Below, piece after piece: positions 19,274-27,523 of a stretch of DNA of 33,245 bases. The notes below the pieces were generated by a model. It saw nothing but the letters and a program-made list of their open reading frames with translations, searched no databases and had not been told where the DNA came from. The position numbers were made by a program, and so were the translations under genes. Positions within the stretch are counted from its first letter, which is position 1, and each line of letters opens with the position of its first letter. The stretch comes from an uncultured Pseudomonadota bacterium (lineage in GTDB: Bacteria > SAR324 > NAC60-12): contig CAJWCD010000019.1 in the NCBI GenBank assembly GCA_913020725.1, positions 1 to 33,245 on the forward strand, read 5' to 3'.

Positions 19274-22200
19274 ATGCTCACCCGAGCTTTCCTCCGTCTC
19301 AACCATTCCCCGCTGCTGTTGCTGATCGCCATCCTCTTGGGCACCGGAGTGGTAGCGTGGCAGGCCTTCGGTCATTTCTGGGACGCCGAGCGTTCCGAAC
19401 TACGGCTCGACAGTTCGGTGGAACCGTTCATTGCCCAAAATTCCCAAGCCTATCAGGACATGTTGCGGGCGCAGGCGGCCTTTGGCCGGGACGAAGTGCT
19501 GGTGGTGGCGGTGGAGTACACGGATCGTCGGATTCTGGACACGAGTTTTTTTGAAATCATCGCAACGCTGGAGCAAGAACTCACCGCAACCATCCCCGGA
19601 AATCTCCGGATCACATCACTGCTGAACGCACCCAAGCTACAGGGATCATGCTCTGGAAAAACCCACTTCCATCAGGAAACGCTGGGGTCAATCTGCGTGT
19701 CTGTGCTGGAGCGCTACCATCAAGAGTTGAGCTGCCTTGAACAAGCCAGCAGTGTCGTGCCGGGTGATGCCGGAATCGAATCCGAGTTGGAACACTCGCT
19801 GGAGGAAGAACTCAACGACTTGCCTGCAAGCTTGGAAGCCGAGCAGTTGGAACTCGGACTGGAGGAAGACATTGCCGTTGACGACTCCGGGACTCCGCTG
19901 CTGCAAGCTGCCGATTCCTCCGACATCACATCAACTCAAGGAGGATCCACGGAATGGCTCTGTGACGAGGATGCGGCGGAACAAACACCGAAATCGCTCC
20001 GCAGCGTCGCCGACCGTGAGGTCAATAAAGCCGTTGGCAACATCACGAATGATCCCCTGCTCCTGCGAGACTTGCTCTCTCTGGATGGCAGAACCGCCGC
20101 GCTTGTGCTGAATTTTCCTCCAGAAGTGCGGGCGGAGTCAACTTTGGTGCAGGAAAGCTTGGCGAAGGTCCTCCACACGCCCAGAAGCTTTGCAACCCGG
20201 CAAGGGAACCGTTCGGTCCGGATTGCTTATGCAGGGCCATCGCGGATGGTTTACGAAGCCTCAGCATTGATGCGTGAAGATTTGCGGTTGATTCTGCCGT
20301 TGAGTTTGTCCTTGATGCTCATCCTGTTGTTTCTTGCGTTCCGAAACGTCAAAGGCGTGATCATTCCGGCAAGCACCGTGGTGCTGGGATTGGTGTGGAC
20401 CGCCGGAGCGATGGCGCTGCTGGGGGATGTCCTCAACCTTGTCACGCTCGCATGTGCCCCGATCCTCATCTGTGTGGGCAACGGCTACGTCATCAAGCTG
20501 CTCCACCAGTTCCGGCTCACGCGAACGAGTTTCGCCGCCCAGCCACAGGCCGCGATCGAGGAACAGCTTCACGAACAAATCCAAGGCACGGTGAGCCACT
20601 CCGTGGTTCCGGTGAGTGTTACCGCGCTGACCACGGTTGCTGGATTTGCGGCTTTGACGATCAGTCCGATTCCAGCGATTCAGCAGTTGGGCGTGTACTC
20701 CTCGGTGGGCATTTTTGCAATCAACTTCCTGACCCTGACCTTTGCTCCCGCGTTGTTGCACTACCTCCCATTGCCTGCTCTTGATTTGGGCGCGGGAACA
20801 CAGGACTGGATCAGTTCCGGAATGAACAAGCTGGCGGGAATGCTGCAGAAACGCTCCAAGCAGGTGATTGTCGCATGGGTTGTGGTTGCGGGATTCGCAG
20901 TCTTGGGCTTTCCCAATCTTCAAGTGGACAGTAGTTCGAACTCGCTGCCTCAGGAACACCCCGCGAACCAAGACCTTGATCTGGTGCAAACTGCTCTTGC
21001 CGGGACCGACACGTTGAGGATCGTGTTCGAGCAATTGGAGCGTCCGGACGCGCCGGGATTGCAAACCGCCCAAACCATCTGGGGCCTGCGATCATTGCAG
21101 CACTGGCTGGAAAACACGGATGGCAACGCCGGACTCGCGGACTTGTCGGGGGTGCAGGTGGACAAGGTGTATTCTCCGGTTCCGTATCTGGAGCAAACGC
21201 GGCAGGGATTGTCGAAGTTGACGGATGAGGAAGTCGAGCGTTTCTTCACGATCCTCAAGGAGCGTAGCGGATTGGCGTTTCTGAGTGATGACGGCAAGAT
21301 GCTGCAAATCACGATTCGGATGCGGGTTTCGGGATCGTCGGCCTTCCTGTCGCTGACCGAGCGGCTGGAGCAAAAAATTCCGGAGTTCGTCCCGCACCTG
21401 CGCTTCCAGTTCACCGGCAGCGGCGTGCTGGCCAGCGAATCGGCAAACAACATCGCCAAGGGACAGGTGCAAAGTGTCCTCATCGCGCTGGCGATTGTCT
21501 TCACTCTGCTTTCGCTGATGTTTCTCTCGTGGAAGATGGGCCTGATTGCCCTCTTCCCCAACTTGGTTGCGGTGCTGTTGTTTTTCGGAGGCTTGGGCTG
21601 GGCGGGAATTTCCATTGGCGTGACCATCTCTGTGATTGCGGCCATCGCACTCGGTATCGGAGTGGATGACGACATCCACTTCCTCAGTCACTATAGCACC
21701 GCCGCCAACAAACTCCGGGACAAACGGGCGGCTTCGCTGCACACGATTCGTCAGGTGGGACAACCGATGGTCGCTTCAACTATCACCCTCTTCTTCGGAT
21801 TCATTCTGCTCGGCTTCTCCGGAATGCAGGCGCAGGCACTCTTCGGAGTGCTAACGGCTCTCACGTTGTTGGCGTGTTTGTTCATCGACCTCAGTTTTCT
21901 GCCTGCGGTGGTGATGGAAACCGGTCTGATCACCGTGTGGGATTATCTTGGACTCCGGATCGACCACAGCCTGCTCAACCGGATTGGCATTTTCCGAGGC
22001 ATGAACGTCCACGAGGCCAAGCTCGCCACCCTGATGGCCTTCACTCAGGAAATGCAGGACGGGGATCCGCTCTTCCGACAAGGCGACGCCGGAAGCGAAT
22101 TGTTTGTGATCCTCAACGGCTCGGTGCGGGTGTATTTGGAAGGAAAGCAGGGTGAGACCACGCTGGCAATCTTGGAAACCGGCACGTCGCTGGGCGAGAT

Positions 22201-22849
22201 GGCTTTGTTTCGGAACACGCCGCGCAGCGCCTCTGCCGCCGCCGTTGGTCCCACCAAGCTGCTTGTGATCAACTGGGAAGGTCTCGTCAAATTGCAACAA
22301 CGTTTTCCCGAAATCGCCGCTTTACTCTTCCTCAATCTTGCTCGGACTTTAGCCCTGAATCTGAACGGCACCTATGCGCGCTTGATTAAACAGAATCGCT
22401 CACAAGGACAGGTAGCCATCGCTGTTGAAAAGACGGTGGGTGAGATCAACCAGAAGCATCTGAAGGTACTCAAGCACTACGGTCACCACACGACTCTGGC
22501 AGTGGGAAGGCCGCTGTTTGATTTTAAAAATCCGAACAAGGGCTTGGGATTGGTGCTTTCCGGACGGATGCAGGTACAGTCTGCCAACCCGGCAGCCCCT
22601 GCAGTTTTAGCAGAACGTGGCCCGCTGGAATTTGTTGGCGCTGGTGCGCTGCTCCCTTCAGGCGTGGCCCCGGTCATGGTTTCCGTTTCTGCCGCAGAAG
22701 TGGAAGTGCTGCGGTTCCGGGCACGTGAGTTTTTTAAACTCGTCAAGGAGCATCCCCACACCGCTGCCCACCTTGCACAACACTTGGTGCAGCAGCTTTC
22801 CGATGTACAGGATGCGGCCAACTCCCGGCTACAGGCGGGAGGTGGATGA
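19274..22849 (+). CDS. MMPL/RND family transporter fused to two C-terminal cyclic-nucleotide-binding domains
   Basis: Two 1+5 TM halves with large periplasmic loops, TALTTVAGFAAL, ALGIGVDDDIH; then LFRQGD...LFVILNGSV...GEMALFRNTPRSASA and a second degenerate cNMP domain. Confidence 0.88.
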   Translation: MLTRAFLRLNHSPLLLLIAILLGTGVVAWQAFGHFWDAERSELRLDSSVEPFIAQNSQAYQDMLRAQAAFGRDEVLVVAVEYTDRRILDTSFFEIIATLEQELTATIPGNLRITSLLNAPKLQGSCSGKTHFHQETLGSICVSVLERYHQELSCLEQASSVVPGDAGIESELEHSLEEELNDLPASLEAEQLELGLEEDIAVDDSGTPLLQAADSSDITSTQGGSTEWLCDEDAAEQTPKSLRSVADREVNKAVGNITNDPLLLRDLLSLDGRTAALVLNFPPEVRAESTLVQESLAKVLHTPRSFATRQGNRSVRIAYAGPSRMVYEASALMREDLRLILPLSLSLMLILLFLAFRNVKGVIIPASTVVLGLVWTAGAMALLGDVLNLVTLACAPILICVGNGYVIKLLHQFRLTRTSFAAQPQAAIEEQLHEQIQGTVSHSVVPVSVTALTTVAGFAALTISPIPAIQQLGVYSSVGIFAINFLTLTFAPALLHYLPLPALDLGAGTQDWISSGMNKLAGMLQKRSKQVIVAWVVVAGFAVLGFPNLQVDSSSNSLPQEHPANQDLDLVQTALAGTDTLRIVFEQLERPDAPGLQTAQTIWGLRSLQHWLENTDGNAGLADLSGVQVDKVYSPVPYLEQTRQGLSKLTDEEVERFFTILKERSGLAFLSDDGKMLQITIRMRVSGSSAFLSLTERLEQKIPEFVPHLRFQFTGSGVLASESANNIAKGQVQSVLIALAIVFTLLSLMFLSWKMGLIALFPNLVAVLLFFGGLGWAGISIGVTISVIAAIALGIGVDDDIHFLSHYSTAANKLRDKRAASLHTIRQVGQPMVASTITLFFGFILLGFSGMQAQALFGVLTALTLLACLFIDLSFLPAVVMETGLITVWDYLGLRIDHSLLNRIGIFRGMNVHEAKLATLMAFTQEMQDGDPLFRQGDAGSELFVILNGSVRVYLEGKQGETTLAILETGTSLGEMALFRNTPRSASAAAVGPTKLLVINWEGLVKLQQRFPEIAALLFLNLARTLALNLNGTYARLIKQNRSQGQVAIAVEKTVGEINQKHLKVLKHYGHHTTLAVGRPLFDFKNPNKGLGLVLSGRMQVQSANPAAPAVLAERGPLEFVGAGALLPSGVAPVMVSVSAAEVEVLRFRAREFFKLVKEHPHTAAHLAQHLVQQLSDVQDAANSRLQAGGG

Positions 22850-22873
22850 CTTTGGGAAGCGAGAGAGGTGGGG

Positions 22874-24094
22874 TTAGCCGAGGGTGATGCGGTGGAAGCG
22901 TTTCTTCCCGGCTCGCAGCAGAATCGCCCCGTCGCGTAAATCGTCAAAACCAAAGGTCATGCCCGAATCATTCGCAGCTTCGTTGTGGATGTAAAGCCCG
23001 CCCTGCCCTAGCATGCGCCGCGCCTCTCCGTTTGACTTGCAGAGGCCGGTCATCCGGAAGCCGTCCAAAAGGCCGATGCCCTCACGGAGTTGGGCTTCGG
23101 AAACCACCGTGGTCGGCACATCCTGTAATTCTCCTCCGCCTCCGAAGAGTGTTTGGGCCGCTTGCTGCGCCTTGACTGCCTCGGATTCCCCGTGCGCAAG
23201 TCTTGTCGTTTCAAAGGCGAGCCGCCGTTTTGCCTCCCGGATTTCCGCACCTTGCAGCCGTCCCAACTCCCGGACTTCCTCCATCGACAAAAAGGTAAAA
23301 AGTGCGATGAAACATTCGACATCGGCGTCTTCCGAATTCACCCAGTACTGGTAGTACTCGTAGGGGGAGGTCCGCCCCGGATCAAGCCACACCGCGCCTT
23401 TTTCAGTCTTACCCATCTTCTTTCCGGAGGCCGTCGTGAGCAACGGGTAGGTCCAGCCAAAGGCAGGCTTTTGCTCCACGCGCCGGATGAGGTCTACTCC
23501 GGAAATGATGTTCGCCCACTGATCGTCTCCGCCCATTTGCAGCACACAGTCGTGACGACGGTTCAGTTCCAGAAAATCGTAGGCTTGCAGCAGTTGGTAA
23601 TTGAACTCAAGGAAAGAGAGTCCGTGTTCAAGCCGAGTCTTGTAGGTCTCAAACGAGAGCATGCGGTTGACCGAAAAGTGCCGTCCGATGTCCCGCAGAA
23701 AATCAATGTAGTTGAGCGTCCGCAGCCATTCCGCATTGTTGAGCAACAGGGAGTCTCCGGAGAAGTCGAAGAAGCGTTCCATCTGCGGCTTGAGACCCTG
23801 AATGTTCTCGTCGAGTTGGGCGACCGAGAGCATTTTCCGAATTTCGGTCTTACCACTGGGATCCCCGATCATGGCGGTGCCACCACCCATCAGCGCGACA
23901 ATACGATGCCCGGCGCGTTGCAGGTGCGCAAGTCCCATCAGCGGAATCAAATGCCCCACATGCAGCGACGACGCGGTGGGGTCAAAACCGATATAGGCGC
24001 AGAGACGACCGGCGCTGGCAGCGGTTTGGAGCTCTTCGGGATGGGTGGCTTGCTGAAAGAAGCCACGCTCCCGGAAGGTGTCGAAGACAGTCAT
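22874..24094 (-). CDS. tyrS: Tyrosine--tRNA ligase
   Basis: YIGFDPTASSLHVGH, EFNYQLLQAYDF, QMGGDDQW, KMGKT, C-terminal S4 domain; start ATG 24094. Confidence 0.97.
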   Translation of the reverse strand: MTVFDTFRERGFFQQATHPEELQTAASAGRLCAYIGFDPTASSLHVGHLIPLMGLAHLQRAGHRIVALMGGGTAMIGDPSGKTEIRKMLSVAQLDENIQGLKPQMERFFDFSGDSLLLNNAEWLRTLNYIDFLRDIGRHFSVNRMLSFETYKTRLEHGLSFLEFNYQLLQAYDFLELNRRHDCVLQMGGDDQWANIISGVDLIRRVEQKPAFGWTYPLLTTASGKKMGKTEKGAVWLDPGRTSPYEYYQYWVNSEDADVECFIALFTFLSMEEVRELGRLQGAEIREAKRRLAFETTRLAHGESEAVKAQQAAQTLFGGGGELQDVPTTVVSEAQLREGIGLLDGFRMTGLCKSNGEARRMLGQGGLYIHNEAANDSGMTFGFDDLRDGAILLRAGKKRFHRITLG

Positions 24095-24110
24095 CTTGTC
24101 GGGGTTGGAA

Positions 24111-24572
24111 TTAAAAGCTGGCACGTCCAGAGCAAACTTGGTCACAGGAGGTTTCGGCATGACCGCATGCGGCCTCGAACATGGGGCCGTCGAGACATTC
24201 GCAACGTCCGCTAAGCGCCGGGTCAATCACAGTGTCACCCGGAACCGTCTCCATCGGAACGCGCTCCACAGACGAGTTGCAGACCTGCATCTGCCGCCAG
24301 CGGTTGCCAAGTTGGAATGCACTGGGAAGGTAAACGCGAGGAGAGCCGTAGAGGGACTCACCACAGGTTTGCAGGCACTCGTTGTACACCTCGTAGCAAC
24401 GCTCCCCCTGAAGAAAGAGGCCGACTTGGCTGCATCCCGGAAATTGAAAACCCGCATGCCGACGGACACAACGCCCCACACAGCCATCCTCATCGGCACT
24501 GGGGAGCGACGGGCATACAAGCAAGGTTAGCAACCCCAAGCCAAGTGTGATGAACCAAAAGCGGAATCTCAT
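24111..24572 (-). CDS. Small secreted cysteine-rich protein (12 Cys in the predicted mature part)
   Basis: Signal peptide MRFRFWFITLGLGLLTLLV; starts just after the recR stop and fills the recR-tyrS gap. Confidence 0.6.
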   Translation of the reverse strand: MRFRFWFITLGLGLLTLLVCPSLPSADEDGCVGRCVRRHAGFQFPGCSQVGLFLQGERCYEVYNECLQTCGESLYGSPRVYLPSAFQLGNRWRQMQVCNSSVERVPMETVPGDTVIDPALSGRCECLDGPMFEAACGHAETSCDQVCSGRASF

Positions 24573-24573
24573 A

Positions 24574-25170
24574 TCAAAAACTCTGTCGTCCGGAAAACGC
24601 CTCATAGAGCGTTACATCGTCCACATACTCAAGGTCGCTGCCCGCCGGAAGTCCACGAGCCAGTCGGGTGAGCGTGGGAACCGTTTCGTTGAATTCACGC
24701 TGAAGAAACAGCGCAGTCGCCTCACCATGAACGGTCGGGTTTGTCGCCAAAATCAGCTCCTGCACGACATCGTGCCGCACGCGCTCCCGTAGCGGAGCAA
24801 TCTTGAGTTGTTCCGGACCCACGCCGTCGAGCGGGGAGATCGTTCCCATTAAAACGTGATACACACCTTGGTACACCCCACTTTTCTCAATGGCGAAAAT
24901 GTTGTTGGGTTGCTCCACCACGCAGACCTGTTGGTGATCCCGTGCCGGATCTTCGCAAATGTGGCAAGGGTCTATGTCGGTGAAGCCAAAACAACGGGAG
25001 CAGTAGCGCACTTCGGTCTTGACCGCCAAGACGGACTCCGCGAGGTTTTGGGCCTCTTCCGAGGAGTAGCGCAGCACTCCAAAGGCGAGGCGCTGTGCGG
25101 TCTTCCTGCCAATTCCGGGAAGCCGCACGAACTCCTGAACCAAGCGTTCCAGAGCGGCAGGAAGGCTCAT
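24574..25170 (-). CDS. recR: Recombination mediator RecR
   Basis: LPGIGRKTAQRLAF, C4 zinc finger, YHVL.G.ISPLDG, ATNPTVHGEATA, GLPAGSDLEY.D. Confidence 0.97.
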   Translation of the reverse strand: MSLPAALERLVQEFVRLPGIGRKTAQRLAFGVLRYSSEEAQNLAESVLAVKTEVRYCSRCFGFTDIDPCHICEDPARDHQQVCVVEQPNNIFAIEKSGVYQGVYHVLMGTISPLDGVGPEQLKIAPLRERVRHDVVQELILATNPTVHGEATALFLQREFNETVPTLTRLARGLPAGSDLEYVDDVTLYEAFSGRQSF

Positions 25171-25691
25171 GCCGTCTGGTCCGGAGGGGAAAGGTGGAGC
25201 TGCGGTTGCCGGGCCTCCGTGAGCATCAATCCAGGCGGTTGGAGCACCTCCACTTCCATGCCTGCGGTTTCCGGCGTCCAGTTCTCCGGATAGGGCATCA
25301 CTTCGTTCGTTCCCGCAATGATGAGCATGCGTCGCTGATATTCCTCTTCAACGGCCCGCAGTTGCTCAAGTGCATCCCGCGAGGTTTTCAGAAAGCGACC
25401 CAGCAGTCGCGAAGGGGTTTGCGATTCCAGCAGATTGTCAAGAATTTCCAGATTCCGGAGCGAAATGGTGTACTCTGCCCGCACGTCGATCGGCACCTCC
25501 TTTTCCTCCACAAGTGTGCCGCATTTGTGGTTGCGACCCTCGGACATGAGGATTTCGGTGTATTCCGTCGTTTCGCATTTGGGACAGTGCAGCCAGACCA
25601 GCCATCCGGGAATGGGAACGCTTGCCGCTTGCCGCTCCCGTTGCGCCCGACGTTCGGCGAGGTTGATGACCTTGGTAGAAGAATCGTTCAT
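25167..25691 (-). CDS. Hypothetical protein with zinc-ribbon-like motif and helical/coiled region
   Basis: CPKC-x15-HKC; overlaps the recR start by 4 bp (ATGA). Confidence 0.7.
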   Translation of the reverse strand: MNDSSTKVINLAERRAQRERQAASVPIPGWLVWLHCPKCETTEYTEILMSEGRNHKCGTLVEEKEVPIDVRAEYTISLRNLEILDNLLESQTPSRLLGRFLKTSRDALEQLRAVEEEYQRRMLIIAGTNEVMPYPENWTPETAGMEVEVLQPPGLMLTEARQPQLHLSPPDQTA

Positions 25692-25804
25692 TTGTCTTAA
25701 AATGCTGTTACCAAATTCTCCCTATTGGCCCAAAAAACACAAGGCATTGCGAATAGTTCCGGCTTGCAACAAATCACGGTACACAGAATACTTGCCAAGT
25801 TTGT

Positions 25805-27475
25805 TTGAATGAAACCCAAATGACGAGTCTGTCCATGAAAGCATCTGACCTGATGGTAAAGTGCCTTGAAGCTGAAGGCGTGAAGCACATCTTCGGCATT
25901 CCCGGCGAGGAGAACCTTGACCTGCTCAACTCTCTGCGGGGTTCCTCGATTGAACTGGTCCTCACACGGCACGAGCAAGGGGGCGGGTTCATGGCCGCAA
26001 CTTACGGGCGACTGACGGGTCGGCCCGGCGTGGCGCTGTCCACCCTCGGTCCGGGCGCAACGAACCTCGTCACTCCAGCAGCCTATGGTCAACTCGCAGG
26101 TTTTCCGTTGCTGCTCATCACAGGACAGAAGCCCATCACTCACAGCAAGCAGGGCAAGTTCCAGATTCTCGACATCGTTGAAATGATGCGGCCCCTCACC
26201 AAATTCACCCACCAAATTGTGAGCGGCAACAACATCCCTGCCCGCATCCGTGAAGCCTTCCGGATCATGCAGGAGGAACGCCCGGGCGCAGCGCACCTTG
26301 AGTTGCCGGAAGACATTGCCGCCGAAATGACCGAGATGCCAGTCTTGCCGCCAACGCAGGCGCGGCGTCCGATCGCGGAGGAAAAGGCAGTAGCGCAAGC
26401 AATCCAACTGATCGAGCAAGCCAAGCATCCACTGCTCTGCATCGGCGCGGGGGCAAACCGCAAGCTCACCTGCAAAGCACTCCGGCAGTTTGTGGACAAG
26501 ACGCAGATTCCCTTCATCAGCACCCAGATGGGCAAGGGGGTGCTAGACGAGCGCGATTCGCTGTTTCTTGGCAATGCTGCGGTCTCCACTGGGGATTTCG
26601 TGCATCGTGCGGTGGCTCATGCGGACTTGATCATCAACGTTGGGCACGATGACATCGAAAAACCACCCTTCTTCATGGAACCCGATGGAGTCACGGTGAT
26701 TCATGTCAACTTCTATGGTGCAGAGGTTGATCCGGTGTACTTCCCCCAGCACGAGGTGGTTGGTGACATCGCCAACGCGATCTGGCAGCTTGAGGAGCGC
26801 GTGGTGCCGCAGTCGCACTGGGACTTCCGTTACTTCCAGAAGGCCAAAACGGCGATGGACGTGCACCTGCTGGAAGGCGCTGATGATCTGTCTTTTCCCA
26901 TGAAACCGCAGCGGGTGGTTGCCGATGTCCGCAAGGTGATGACCTCCAACGGCATCATCTGCCTCGACAACGGGGTTTACAAAATCTGGTTCGCCCGCAA
27001 CTACCGAGCGCATGAGCAAAACACGGTGCTGCTCGACAACGCCCTTGCGACAATGGGAGCCGGACTGCCCTCGGCGATGGGAGCCCACCTCGTCCATCCG
27101 GATCGCCGCGTGATGGCGATCTGCGGGGATGGTGGCTTCATGATGAACTCGCAGGAACTCGAAACCGCCGTGCGCCACAACATGCACGTCGTCGTCCTCA
27201 TCCTGCAGGATGATTCCTATGGCATGATCCGCTGGAAGCAGGCGAACATGAATTTTCCGGATTTCGGACTCCAGTTCGGCAATCCGGATTTTGTCAAGTA
27301 CGCCGAATCCTACGGAGCCAAGGGCTACCGCGTCAAGAGTACGGATGAGTTCGCCCCGCTACTGGAGGAATGCCACTCCTCACACGGGGTGCATGTCATC
27401 GAACTGCCGGTGGATTACTCCGACAATGACCGCATCCTCAATCACGAAATCAATGAGCGTAGCAGCCAAATCTGA
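25805..27475 (+). CDS. Acetolactate synthase large subunit (TPP-dependent)
   Basis: IFGIPGEEN, RHEQ, TLGPGATN, ATMGAGLP, GDGGFMMN; true start may be ATG 25820 or 25835. Confidence 0.92.
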   Translation: MNETQMTSLSMKASDLMVKCLEAEGVKHIFGIPGEENLDLLNSLRGSSIELVLTRHEQGGGFMAATYGRLTGRPGVALSTLGPGATNLVTPAAYGQLAGFPLLLITGQKPITHSKQGKFQILDIVEMMRPLTKFTHQIVSGNNIPARIREAFRIMQEERPGAAHLELPEDIAAEMTEMPVLPPTQARRPIAEEKAVAQAIQLIEQAKHPLLCIGAGANRKLTCKALRQFVDKTQIPFISTQMGKGVLDERDSLFLGNAAVSTGDFVHRAVAHADLIINVGHDDIEKPPFFMEPDGVTVIHVNFYGAEVDPVYFPQHEVVGDIANAIWQLEERVVPQSHWDFRYFQKAKTAMDVHLLEGADDLSFPMKPQRVVADVRKVMTSNGIICLDNGVYKIWFARNYRAHEQNTVLLDNALATMGAGLPSAMGAHLVHPDRRVMAICGDGGFMMNSQELETAVRHNMHVVVLILQDDSYGMIRWKQANMNFPDFGLQFGNPDFVKYAESYGAKGYRVKSTDEFAPLLEECHSSHGVHVIELPVDYSDNDRILNHEINERSSQI

Positions 27476-27523
27476 CGGACTGATTTTCCTTTCAATCACC
27501 AGCCACTAGCATTCTGTAGCTCA

